Part shown: piece after piece, positions 15,301 to 28,700 of the stretch
How the letters are laid out: each line of letters begins with the position of its first letter
How positions within the stretch are numbered: position 1 is the first letter of the stretch
Assembly: GCA_040954595.2 (NCBI GenBank)
Contig: CM082582.2
Span: 12,669,777 to 12,733,776, forward strand
Length of the DNA stretch: 64,000 nucleotides
Reading direction: 5' to 3'
DNA from: Balanoglossus misakiensis
Lineage: Eukaryota > Animalia > Hemichordata
Program-made: the position numbers and the translations under genes
Notes under the pieces: model-generated
What the model was told of the DNA's origin: nothing
What the model saw: the letters and a program-made list of their open reading frames with translations, nothing else
Databases searched by the model: none

Positions 15301-18300
15301 TAATACCAACTGGATTTACAACGATGGAATTTGTTATTTGATAAACTGGGGAACTGAACAACAGTCATCCTGGGCTGTATCTAACGCTTTGTGTCAAGAG
15401 CACAATGCAACTCTAGCAAGGACCGCATCTCAGCAACAGTATTACTTCATAGAGGAGTCAATTAGATGGAATAGTCTGTATAAGTCTGAGGATGTCTTCT
15501 GGCTGAGTGGCAATGATATCAAAGAGGAAGGCCAGTGGGTCTGGCATGATGGGATGTCTATCAACTCAACATTTGATGGTAAGATCATTTTTAACAACTT
15601 TAAATTTTCCAAGGTTGATACGTTTATCTTCCTGTGAACCAATGTCATGCCTCCACAGTGCACTATGGGGTACTTTGAGGTTTGCATGAGGATTTATTTT
15701 CAGATGGACAACAATCAGAGAATGCAAATTCACCCTTTATCAAATCTAGGCTATGCATAAGTAGCTTCTCATGTAATCATATCACTGTGACAAAGATACA
15801 GTATATTTCATGCTCAGACCACATCATTTTACAAGTCATCACAGTAATTTCAATCCTCCAACAGCATGGTTTGATGGTTGGTCGGATGACATAATTCCCC
15901 GGCAACCAAGCGGCCAGAGCAATGAAGACTGTCTTGCTATCACACAGATGTTTCCCACCTCAGATGGTGCTACTAAATTCGCTGATAAAATGTACTGGAT
16001 GGATGAACTATGCAATGTGAAAGCTAACTTTATTTGTCAAAAGAAATCAAATTGTAAGTATTAACTGTTGCATATTATCTATCTTAACAAAAGGTCTGAA
16101 CATGCAGATTTTGATGTAACATTCCAATGGTACCTCACTATTCAAATTGTCAAGATTTGATGCTATGAAATTCTTCGGTCAAAGGTCTTTTTGAATCTAA
16201 TGGATTGATTTGTTTTCTTGCAGCTTCGCTAATTCAATATCCACAGATACAAACCCTGTTGACAAGTTACACTGGCAATATATCAAGTCCACACTTTCCC
16301 AACCATTACGAAAACAACTTGGACAATATAACAATTATAGAAGTGCCTTCAGGATTTAGGATCAAAGTTGAATTTTTAGCTTTTAACTTGGAGTACCACA
16401 AATCATGCCTCTACGATTATCTGAGTCTGAACGACAGCATACAGTACGAGGTGTTCTGCGGAAATCTTTCGGCCCAACTTGAACAGTTGACATTCTGGTC
16501 GCTGACGAACCAGACTGTTATTACATTCCATTCTGATCATGCCATCACGGATATTGGATACTCCGCAAATTACAAGGCTGTCGATGTTGCCTCATGTGCC
16601 AATCAGGTTGTAGAAGGAAGGACAGGAATTGTCACCAGCTTCAACTTCCCAGACAACTACTTGAATAGTCTCTCCTGCAAAACCACCATTCAGGTGACAC
16701 CCGGCTACCGGGTTTTTCTGGAATTTGAAACCTTCCAGTTGCACAGCTCTCCGGAGTGTCTAGAGGATTACGTGGTGCTCATATTAGATGGTTGGGATGA
16801 GAAAAGAACTAGCAGATACTGTGGAGATAGGACGGCTCAAGTAGCCACTATGAAATTTGTTTCCTATGAATCAGTATTAAGTATTTTGTTTCACAGTAAT
16901 GAAAGGAACGTGTCCAGGGGATTTTCAGCCACATTTACAGCAGGTAAGACATTCATTTCCTGGAATCGCACATTAATTGAATCTTTTCACAAGCAGTGTC
17001 TGGTGTAATCCCTTCCTTGCATTTTCTGTTACGCGAACGTGTGTATAGTATTAAACAGTGTCTTCAGGGAAAACTTCCAGATCACTGGAACATTTTTTTC
17101 TGATTATATATACCATCTAATCTTGTCAGAATAAAGGAGACGATTCTCATAAAGTTTCTGTGCGAAAATACTGTGATGTCATACAATAAATAGTAAGTAG
17201 TTGTTGGCATGTGAAACTTCTTCCATGAGATATCCCATATCCAAAATGAAGATACTATTATTTGTAATAAACTTGCTTTAATTTTTTTCAGTGAAAGAAC
17301 TGACCACAGTCATCAATTTGGAGAGTCAGTTCACTGCTAATTTTGTATCCAGCTTAAACTATCCACTGCCTTATCCAGAAGACACCAACTTGACCTTGAT
17401 AATACGGGCACCACCCAATGGACACGTCGTCGTCAGTTTCTCAGGCTGTTTGAGCTTGAACTTGTACAACTGCACATCTAGTGCATTAAAAGCCTACAAC
17501 TATCTTCTGTACGAAGACAAAGAAGAAGTTCAGACTTCTATCTGTGGGGACACCTGTAACAGAACGGACAATTTGGTGTTCCAGTCGACACTGAACACAC
17601 TAGAAATCCAATTTATTTCTCAGACAAATTTGGCTCAAAGACAGGGATTCCAGGCCAGGTATTATACCAAGGAAGGTAAGTTGATAATAAATATCACATG
17701 TAAATGTATATTTTTTCCTGAGAAATACACAGCTGCATAAACAGTATATGTACAAAAAAGGAGTGCGGCTATTACTAGTCAGGTACAATTCCGGTGTACA
17801 TGGCCGTATAATAGACCCTTTCATGTAATACTAGTTGCTACAGCTTTTGAATTCAACTCAAGTGTGGCACAAATATTCAGAATACAAAATCATGACAGTG
17901 AAGTGGAACATTTATGATGGCCATGATAATATCAATATCATTTGTTTCCTAGGTAACGATTCATGTGGGGCGATCTATTGCAGTGGCCGGGGCAGCTGCA
18001 GATATAGAGATCACCAATACTATTGTTCATGTGATAATGGTTATAGAGGTAAATTCTATCACATATACAGTAATAGTTGTTTGTAAATTTTTGACATTAC
18101 TTCACACAACATGCAAAAATACAGTTTGATTTATAAACCTGTTTTTGGAGATGTAGATGGTGCAGGAGGCCTGTTTACTTATATTCACAGGAATTTGGAT
18201 TCTGTTTATCAGATGTCATCAAGATATGTTTAAAAGATATATCAGGATATGTCTAAGGATGATCTCATCAAGATACATGTCCATCAAAAAGATACTTCAT

Positions 18301-21300
18301 CGAGATAATGTCTGCAAACATATATGCCTACATACTGAATCAAACTCTTGCCCAGAAATAACAAACATTTTCAACTTTATTCACCATCAGGGCCCTTCTG
18401 CGAAATTAGACAAGGTGAAACAGGCAAGACACTTCTACAGCGATTGATGGATGATCCATTCTGGATTGGCATCATTGCAATCATTGTCTTTTTACTCCTC
18501 GGTTTATTCATTGTATTCCTCCGCAAGAAAATCTCCAAACATTTACAAAACAAAAGAGAAGAGAAACTCAGGAACAATCTCGGTGAGCATTTAAATTTTC
18601 AACACTGGTTTGAAAATAATTTTTTTTTATCAGAACATTAATTTGAATTCGTCCACGTACCCTAGCTCAGATTTGGTTTGTTTTGATGGTATACATTTTG
18701 TATCTAAACTTATCAAAACACAACTCACAGGGATTTAAAAAAGAATGCAAGAAACATTATGCTTTTAAAAGAGTCCTCAGTAATTCTGGCAATTTCCTAT
18801 TAAAGCTGTAATTCGTGATTTCCATGCTTTATATAATTCTCACAGGTAAAAATGTAAGGTTCAATGCTGGGTCGTCACACTCCTTTGTGGACAGCAGCTC
18901 GCCAAGTCCACACCTCAACGGCGACAGCAGTTCCCGCCAGTTGCATAATGGCAACAGCGTCAGCTATGATCCAAGCAGAGTCAATGAGATCGCCCTGCAT
19001 GAGATTGGAATCCACGAAAATGGACATGCTGTAGCGGCAAAGGATGGGGAATATGATGAAGATGACTGGGATGAGGAAATGGATGGAGAGAATGATGGCA
19101 GAAGGGAATCTGGACCAAGATACTTGTAAGTACTTGAGAAGGTGGCATTTATATTCCATGAGATCTTAGATGGAGCCAACTGTAGAAGTAAGCAATATCC
19201 TCGATCCATTTTGACAACATCAACAAATCACATACACCCAACTTGGGATAGTTGTTTTTATAACAGTATATTTAGATCCAAAGTTAAACATAATTTGCAC
19301 ATAGATCCGTCAGATGAGTGGACAGCACAAGTGGAATTTTACCTTGAGATTAATCAAAAGTCTAAAGCCTGCACTGTAACAAGAATGCAGTGAATGTGAT
19401 TTTATCTCGCACATCATCATGCATGATTCTGTCACTGCAATTTTAACTGCTCCAAATGATAACTCAATATTTTGTCTGTGCATTTTTGTCAGCTACTCTG
19501 GGATTTCGGTCTAGCCATTGTCCCATTGCACCAATTTCAGATCAATTTTTGCCACCAATAGAACCAGTAAGCAAAAGCAAGTTCTCTGAACTTCCTATCA
19601 TCATTTTCGCATCTCAACTTCAATTCTCCTGAGAATTTTTCATATCTTCATAACTTGAAGTTTTGATGTAATATTTTATATGTTTATTATTAACTTTCAA
19701 TCTCGATGATTATATTTGAACCCCTTCTATATTTCAAGTCATAAAATGTCTCAATAGTCCAACCGCATGCATGTTTCTTTTTGCCATAAGATCCCTGTCA
19801 TGATTAAAGGGACACTCCCGTTTTGCGAAAATGTTAAACTTGTCATGGCAAAACACATCACATCACAAAACAGGAGTGTTACTTTAATATGTTCTGACAA
19901 TTGACAAAACATTGGAATGTTCAATTTCAATATATAGTCTTCAACTGCATGTTACTAGACTGCTAACAACCTCGTGTGCACCTGAAGAACATTCAACTTT
20001 GGCACTGAATTCTGCCGGACCAGCAAGTCAGAAGCACTGCTTTTTGCAATAGGGGACTTGAGCTTAACACTCATACAAGCCCATAGAGATTATCTCCATT
20101 GGTGATTAGTACATGAATACATAAGACATCTTTGCCTACATCTGGCATGCATTATACAAACTTCACTTATGCAGAATGATCACAAAGACTGAAAATAATG
20201 ATGAAAATGATTGATCTACCAGCGTAGAAGCACAACAAATACTGGAGGGACATAATATGCCAATCAGACATAATGGATTTCAAAGACATTTGCACACACA
20301 AATCCTGAATTTCTTTTCAGTTGCCAAGCTTGAATGAGAATCTGTACAGTCTCGTTACCATGACGATTTCTACTGTCTTTTCATAACACTCCTGACATAT
20401 CATTAATCTTAATCAAACTTATTTGTTTTGAATTTTCTAACTTGTTTTGCATTCCTTAGTTGTTTTAGTTATCCGTTAGAAGTTCAGTTCTTTGAATTTT
20501 TAAAAAATCTGGTATAACATTTGATCTTTCTCTAATTTGTTGCATGTGTACATTTGTCTTTTTAGTCTTCCTCGTAAGGCAATTGATTGAATGCAAGGTA
20601 AACCTTGACTTCAAGTTTCAACAAATGACTAAAATTATTGTGTCATTGAGTTTCTATTTTTATTGGATTCTTTCAATAGACATACTTACCCTACCAGAAA
20701 CCTTGTTTGAATATATTATCTCCATTGCCCTCCACTCCCACCCACATGGTGAAAAATGTTCCTGGTATTACCCAACCCTAACTTACAAATTAAAATTTGC
20801 CTCAGCATGGTTTTATTTATATTTCTACTTAGACACAGTAGGCCAATCCCTTCCCCATGATATATCACCAAATCTTTTAAACAAACTTTATTCTCTCTTT
20901 GACACAAAAATGATTCATTTTTGTTCAACCTGTGGAAACTGGATAACACATTTATTCCTAAAGAAAAATTAATATAGCCGCATTCTTGACCGAATCTATT
21001 TTTCTCAAATATGTAATATACTCTTTTTTTCTATCTTTTATTTCCACTTCTTCATAAACGTTGTACCAGATTTGTTATTGTTTTTCGACTATTGACCTTG
21101 GTTGCTTTTGTTACACATCTCATACCTTCTTTAAAGCTACCCAATTGATCCTTTAAGACTCTCAATATCAAACTAATGTCCTCTCCACTTTCACAGAGAG
21201 CGTCATGCAACCGTGGCAACCGCCCTTGGGAGAGTAGTCCCAGCGGTGGCACTGTCCTCCGTCAAGGCTAAGCGATATCACAAACGCAATCCAGGACGGC

Positions 21301-22754
21301 CACCAATGGAGATTTCTTTCCTCCGCGGACCAAAACGCTTCATTCCAAACATCTGGAAGCAGAGGGGGAATGATCCCCATCAAGACACGGGAGGGTCGAA
21401 GCCAGAACGATACTTGAGGACAAGAAAGCAGGTGGAAATGACGCCTCCAAAGATGGTGGTTGTGATTCAAAATGAACCAATGAAGACTGAAATGGACGAC
21501 CCTGTTGTCTTGCGTGAACACCAAGAGGTTAAACAGAGCAAAGTTACTGATGGTGATTATTTGAATAAAGTCTTTGTGTCGGTTCATGAGGAAACAGGAC
21601 TGGATGAGAATGGCGATGTGAAACCAGGAATGGAAACATCTGAACAGGAAGAAGAGAGTGATGATGTGGACAGCAGAAAAGACAGAAATATTCCTGTTCA
21701 TGAATACACAGTGGCAGAGCTACATGGGGCAAGCAACTGGCAAGGGCCAACGGAAACAGAATATGACATAGTGGATGAAGCAGGTGCAGTCGCTGAGATG
21801 AGTGGACACGCAGCACTGCAACCGGAACAGATGGATGAATGGCAAGACCCGGAAGAGGACATTACAGACTATAGTAGTACAGATTGTGAATCAGGTGAAT
21901 TGCATGGAGATATGCCAGCAATGCCAGATGGGACCAATCACTGGGAAGCACACCAGTCATATCATGCTCAATATGGAGTGGAGGAATTATACGACGGCAA
22001 TGAAGACTTGGTCGCTGATGGGAACATCTACACTTACGAATATGACAACACTGCAATGCCTGATGTCAATGATGAAATCAATGGTAGCATTGACGTGAAC
22101 GATTATCGCCAATATTCATCGGCCTCCCACGACTCTTCAGTCGACCTCTCCGATATTCAGACTTACAGAGGGCGCTCAAGACCCAGTCTACGCTCCTTGC
22201 ATAGGCAGCCTGTAATCTTTGAAAGCATAGATGAGGGAGATCCAGTTCTTGACCAATCGGACGACAATGGCTATAGAGTTTTTGTGGATGATGCAGAAAA
22301 GAATGGATTAGTCACCTCCACGGATGTGACTGTCCACAAAATTGGCATTAACGCATTTGAGATGAGATCACTGAGTCGCGACTCGGGGGAAGGTCGATTT
22401 TCGGACTCCGACAAAGAAACAGTCATCTTAAGTCGCACCGTTTCTCAAAAATTATCTGACAGTGATGGGGAGCAAAACAACCACTTCTCCTCATTCGAAA
22501 GGACTCCGTCAAACGGGTCAGATGTTTCTGCCGAAGACGTGGATGACCGCGGACACGACGATGTCTCAGAAACAGACCAGACGCAGCTCAGAAGACAGCG
22601 TCTAACCTACCAAAAGACAAGCAGCAATTTCTCAGATCTGGAACCAATCGAAGAAGGCACCATTCTCAGGACTGAGGACCTTTGGGAAAACCAAAGACTT
22701 GACATAGACAGTGATTGCACCGAAAATTGCAACAATAATGAAGAAATTGTCTGA
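6333..22754 (+). CDS. Mosaic type I membrane protein: Reeler-like, CUBx3, C-type lectin, CUB, C-type lectin, CUBx3, EGF, TM, long acidic cytoplasmic tail (5'-partial, ~2000 aa)
   Basis: Sixteen exons with AG/GT ends and a continuous frame: 6333-6576, 7889-7968, 8938-9071, 9293-9530, 9800-10715, 11088-11185, 11362-11562, 13208-13588, 15285-15578, 15865-16053, 16224-16943, 17292-17675, 17953-18048, 18391-18582, 18846-19125, 21197-22754 (6005 nt). CUB motifs SPNYPxxYP, CxYDxV, FxSD, GF; CTLD motifs CPTGW..CY, YWIGG, EDC, WNDRNC; EGF CSGRGSC..CSCDNGYRGPFCE; TM WIGIIAIIVFLLLGLFIVFL followed by RKK. Signal-peptide exon(s) not located. Confidence 0.9.
6585..6720. repeat. Low-complexity (TGTC)n / (CCCT)n pyrimidine tract
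   Basis: Direct reading, immediately after the donor at 6577. Confidence 0.75.
19804..19887. mobile_element. Miniature TTAA-flanked MITE, Kolobok/T2-like
   Basis: ttaa-agggacactcccgttttgcga ... tcacaaaacaggagtgttact-ttaa; ~21-bp imperfect TIRs; same TTAAAGGGACA end as the 28395 element. Confidence 0.7.
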
Positions 22755-24150
22755 AACATACACATGCTGTACCTTGTGTACATGTAGTTCTAACTTTGCT
22801 ACATTTCAAAAATAGCTACTTTTACCAAAACATTTACATTTCATATTTCAGAATTTACTACATTTTTCTGATAATTTTCTATGTTTATATCTATGTGTAT
22901 ATAAAACAAATAATGATGGTCTTTGCTTGATTGAAAGAGCATACAAAAAATACACTTTCGGCGAAACTTAATATTCATGCCACAAACATCTAGAAGAATT
23001 TAGCAACACTTGACTGTGGTCCGCTACCATATTTTCATGCATAAGGTTTGACAATTCTGCAATTTTTTTTGCAGTCTTTGCTAACATTTTTAAAGCAGTA
23101 AATGGAAACAAAACCAACTACATAGTTATTTATCAATTGTAACTTTAAATGGTATGATAATGAAAATTCAAAATTAGATGAGATTTCTTTTATTTGATGG
23201 CACTAAATTCACATTGTTGCTGTGTCTGTATATATGACATGGAATGTTTATTTTTCAATACATGTATTTGTTACTACTGAGTACTGTGCATCCAATGGTG
23301 TGCCTTTGTATAGCATTGATTTTTTTCGCTCAATTTCTTGCATTTTTGAATATCTAATAAGCTGTTTGTGAAACACATATTTCCCACAGGATACAGAAAA
23401 TAATATTTCTCAGATTTTTTGTAAACAAATTTGTGGCAGTCAGGTCAACTTTTTTACCCGGCTGGCAAAACTATAAGCAAAGGACTAATTTGAAATTCTG
23501 TACAGTTTTTTAAACATTTTAAAATTTTTATGGAATTTTAATATTGCAGAGACAAACATGAGTACAGTAACATACTCAGTTGCATTTTAAGATATGTATA
23601 TCTAATATCTACATCTACTTAAAAGTACATATGCTATTGTTTATATTTCATAAATTGAAACAAAACAGTCATGAAATTTACTCTTTCCTAAGATGAGACC
23701 TGTCTTAGCAATGCTTCAGTTGATATTTGGAGCATGTGTGATAAAAATGATTTACGTCAATCAATACAATCTTCAGTATCCAAATTTTGGCAATTTGCAT
23801 TACAATGACATGAACACTACATGTACATTGATCACAAAGATTATAACATAAAACCACACAATATACTGCACAAAATGAAATGCATTGAAAATCCACACAG
23901 GGGGTAGAACTAAACCATGACACCAAAAGCAATATCAATCTTGACAGACAAAACATCGCAGAATGGAACAGAGTGTGAACAGAGAATGAGAGTGTGTGTG
24001 TTTGTGAAGTGAGATATTGAAGACAAAAAATCTCTAGAGAGAGATACGCAGAATTATTTTTTTTTTCAATTTCACTCGCTCTTACAATTGACAAAATTTG
24101 CATTATACTGTACAAAGATTTTTATTTGTTTTGTGCAGTTCTCAGAAATC

Positions 24151-24156
24151 AATAAA
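24151..24156 (+). terminator. Candidate polyadenylation signal of the CUB/CTLD gene
   Basis: AATAAA ~1.4 kb after the stop, followed by GT-rich sequence. Confidence 0.5.
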
Positions 24157-24325
24157 AACATGTATTTTCCACACTACAGAACTAAGTTATGGGTACTTGT
24201 GTCATTTAGTAACCATCTATGAATGTGCCATTCTGAAATATGGTTTTGTTTACAGGGCTTGAAAAATATCTCCATGAATGGGGCATAAATGCCCAATCAA
24301 CATTATATACATGCACATGTACGCA

Positions 24326-24351
24326 CCCACACACATACAGACACACACACA
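24326..24351. repeat. Imperfect (CA)n microsatellite between convergent gene ends
   Basis: acccacacacatacagacacacacaca. Confidence 0.7.
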
Positions 24352-24381
24352 TTCATTTCTCTAAGTAACATGCACTGAACT

Positions 24382-24387
24382 TTTATT
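24382..24387 (-). terminator. Candidate polyadenylation signal of the minus-strand RPxSA gene
   Basis: TTTATT on + (AATAAA on -) ~1.37 kb past its stop; tail-to-tail with the CUB/CTLD gene. Confidence 0.45.
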
Positions 24388-25752
24388 TCACTAAACTGTG
24401 AAATGATAATAAAATACAATTATTTACAGTCTTGACATTACAAGACTGGTAAAACTAAATTTTATAAAGATTTGAATCAATGTGAAAAGTAAACGTCTGT
24501 TGAAAGAGTACAAAACAGTGGACGGAAAAGGTCAAGATTGAGAAACATAGAATTAGCTACGGTTAATGGAACCCAGTGTCACACACAGTTTTTACATTTA
24601 GCTGACATGTCTAGATTTATTGAGTCCGTTTCCTTTTTTGAGGTAAAGCCTGATACCATTAGTGGATTGAGATTTCTTGCGTCATGAAGTACGATCATGC
24701 ATGACCGGCCTAACATACAGCTTGAAAGGCATGCTGATTACAAGGATGGCGTCATTTGAGGTTTCAGTGAACCGGCACTTTTCCTTTTTCTAGTCGGAGA
24801 TCCTCACAGCGGCATGTATGACTGACAACCTGCAGAATCACAACCCCTGTTGTCTTTTATCACTTGTAATGCGGTAATTTCAATCGGAAAGATGGAAGTC
24901 GCTTGCTTTTGACATTGGGCTATTTTAGTTTCTTTTCATAGCTATTTATGTTGTTCAGCTCACTGACATATGTTCAATGACAGTGGTTCTCACAACGCAA
25001 TCAGATGAATACAAATCCTTGTGTACTCTGTGGTTTATCGTTTAAATTAAACAAATTGTCTACTGGAAAAAAAGCTGCTTAAGAATGCTCTTGTTTAAGA
25101 GTTCCTTCTACAAAAGTCAGCAAAACAGGAATATAGAATGTCTGATTGTCAGGGTCATATACAACAGAACAAAATTGCCCAAACTGCCCAACAGAGGGCG
25201 GAGTTTGCTTTCTTACTGCTAGAATTGGGTGGGTTTATAATTTCTGTAAAATAAAACTAATATCGGTACATTTTCTTTAAAATTCAAACGAAATGGAAGA
25301 CAGGAAAACGAACTAAATGAAAACAAAATTCTATGCAGCAGAAGTGATAAACACAAATAAAAACTTTACACTGTACAATTTGCAAAATAAAAACAGGAGC
25401 AATACAAAACAATTCAGTTCAGTTGTTTCGCAACTGCGGATAAGCTGCCTAAGAAAACTTGTGTCTCTAGGAGACTTACATTTGAATTTTTGTGGCATTT
25501 GATAACAACTGGAAGATTCTGTCATGCATAGAAGAAATTTCTTGTATATGGCTCTGAAGTTCAGCACAGCTGACTTCGAAAGATCATTTGTAAGACAATA
25601 TTTACTTTCTTACACACAACAGAGGTACAAAAATATGAAGGCAATGAACTATATGTAACTGATATCTGATTTCTCGTGACAAATGATCAAGGCTTGATGG
25701 CATACCCAGTATATTTCAACTATTATTAAGTACTTTTTTGACAAAGTTTGGT

Positions 25753-28700
25753 TCATATTGCACCATCCTCCGCGATGCCTAATCTCTGTTGTAACAATCT
25801 CGTTGTCTGTTTAAATTCCTCTTCCATCTGTCGCACTCTCTTCAAATCCTCTGACACTGTATCCTTGTGAGCGAGACTTGGAGTACTGTCCACAGGGAAG
25901 TACACATGTGTCTTCTTCTTTTCCGGCATTGCCTCTTTCGGTTCCGTGCTCGGTCTGGGACCTTTTGCCGACTTTGCGCGGGTTGTCGTGCTACTTGTGG
26001 CTTTGGCGGAGACTGGACGTGTCGTTTCGTACTTGAGCGGTCGCTCGGTTTTGGGGTAAACTATCAGAGGTTAAAGGTAGAGGGTTAATTGAACATTGGC
26101 ATGATCACGGTCATGGTTAACCCTAGCTCTACCTGCATACGGGAAAAGCCCATTTCCTAAACATATTACAAAGTTGGTTTCTTGATCTAGATACATCAGA
26201 TTTTGTTAATGCATCCCTTTCTAACACTTGGTTAATCAGGCAGAGCAAACTGTGGCAATGTACATGTAGATTTTCTCATGTAGGAAATTTCCACAAATGC
26301 CATGCCTGGTTCAGTCTTGAAGTCTAGATGGACTACAACCATCAAATACAACAGGGAGACAGTACATCGAAGCATGGCAGCAAGAAAAGCTGCTACATTT
26401 CTAGCAGATGTAGTATAGCATTCCACCAAGTTGCACAATATGGCTACGCTAGAAAAACTTTAAGTCAAAGTTACGAAGTTCTCTACACCACTTTCTTGAC
26501 ATGAAAACAGCAGCACCGATAACATAGCAGCCACCATACAAGATGCATACATGTATAGCTGACATACTAGTATATGCCACATACCTAACATGTAAATGTA
26601 CCTAAGCCCACAACACATCATTCATGTTCACATGACACAACACACCAGTGGATATGAAAAGTAGCAGTCATCGATTCAACCGGAAAATCTTGATACAAAG
26701 TCATGCCAAAAACATAATCCTATGACATGCACTAGCCACAGCATAGTAATACTCTAAAGATATATACTACACACAGCTGTGCAGTAGCTTGTTTAACACA
26801 CTTGACAGTATCGATTCATCTAAACTGTTCTAAGCACAAACCAAGAGCAAAGGCTCACTATCAGAAAACTACACAATACCAAGAGCAAATAGCAAACACT
26901 TGAAACTGACTGGAGAAGACCTCACATGCATTATTACCTAGTAACAGCTGTGCTCTGATTGCTGCAAAAAGGGTACACAGAAAATGATTTTGAACAGCTC
27001 AGTTTTCTCTTTGTGAAAGATATCTATCAGCTTACATGCTGAAACACATGCTTCAGTTGTCAGATGCAGTGACAATGTGGAAGATTAGAACACAATATCC
27101 AGCCAGTGATGAGGTGATGCAAAGAATGCCAATTTACAGTGTCATTGCTTGCAACAGCATTTTGAACAGCATTTGTGTGTTTAAGTGTAGACATACAGAG
27201 TGTATTGCGCTACTACAATGTGTTGTTCACACACACAGACTCAAAATTCAGAAATGTGATCGTACATAGGCTGTATGTATGTTCTTTGCAGATACACACT
27301 TTGATGAATGATGGTGACTTCTGAAAAAATCACACTTCCAGACCAACTGGTCGGTCTCACTATCACCAATTCAAGAAAGAATGCCCTGCATATGATCTGC
27401 TAATTCATATTTGAAAACATAAACACACGCGTTCTGTATACATGGTATGCAACTCAGTCTCTGCCAATTCTATTTCAGTCCTGCCATTTCAAAGTCACTC
27501 CACAACATATACATGTAGACAGAAAAGTATGTGTCAGATCTTTTGGATGACATCTTCGACACAAGAACATTTAACAACGTTCTCTCTTTCTGCAGACACC
27601 CGGAAGTCACAAAACTTACCTGCACTCTTGGGCCGTGATCTCGCCACGTCAGCTTTCTGCTGTATCTTTGCACTGGCCGGTCTCTTGGCTTTCTCTCTGT
27701 CTGGTATCAGATCCCCAGCTTCAAATAGCCCGGGCTGTAGGAGATATCCGCAAGACTTTCACTTATAACTTTGAAGATTGTGTATCGTATTACTCATGAA
27801 ATTGAGTCATTTTTTGTATATGTGTACGTAAACTGAGGTATGCAGGTATGAAGTGTGTTTTCTCTCACCTGAATAAATCTATCCATATTTCTTGTCCTTT
27901 CGAAATTTCCATTTGTAACCTGAAACAAGATGTTTTTAACAAATAAAAGATTTACATTGGATTTGGCAGATAATTAGGCCATTAATAGCCAGCCAATAAT
28001 AGGAATCCTGATTACTTTCTTAATGTTTGTTTCACAGACAAACGACTAGCTTACCCTAAGTCTGTTGGTGTCTTTGAGTCCTGTTGATGGTTGTAAGAAC
28101 AGCGAGATGAGTTCATCATCAACGTCATACTGATCGTTGGTGGTATCTGTAGTTTTGGCTGATGCCGGTCTGTATAAGTGATGGTGTACTGGAGTGCGTC
28201 TTTTCAACTGTTTCTCTCTCTCTTCAGCTTCCCTGTGTTTCTGCTCTCTCTGTTGTCATGGAAACAGACGTTCATGTCAAGTAAATTTGTAATGAGGAAC
28301 TGAAGAATATTAAAAGCAATGCAAGCTGTATGTTGTCTCATATCTATTGCTTTCCAAACGTCTGAGGTCTATCTGTATTTTATTTCCGTTCTTGTTAAAG
28401 GGACAAAGTCTCTCTCTCGCTGCCCTTTTTTCCATTAATTATATTTGATACAAGACACCGTTTGTTATTCTGCATGTGGATATATAGTGAATCAACGTTC
28501 AACCACACACAACTTCCATCCCTCTTATAGACAGGAGAGTGAAAAAACTCGCCAAAATGAATAATCGTTCTTTAGCATTTATTCATTTTGAGCGAGTTTT
28601 TACTCTCATATCATACAAGTGGGATGGAAGTTTTGTGTGGTTGATCATTGATTCACTATATATCCACATTTACATTAACATAAATGGTGTCTTGTATCAA

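Noticed and set aside
9800-17675. Calling the CUB protein cubilin or tolloid/BMP1
   Set aside because: It has CTLDs, a TM and a long tail, and lacks cubilin's N-terminal EGF cluster and the astacin protease domain.
19959-20052. Alternative terminal exon for the receptor (LLTTSCAPEEHSTL..FLQ*)
   Set aside because: Frame-compatible, but the acceptor is weak and nothing else supports it without transcript data.
21168-21701. Antisense ORFs over coding exons (also 6298-6762, 8706-9104, 36326-36712)
   Set aside because: Shadows of real exons or low-complexity tracts with no recognisable protein features.
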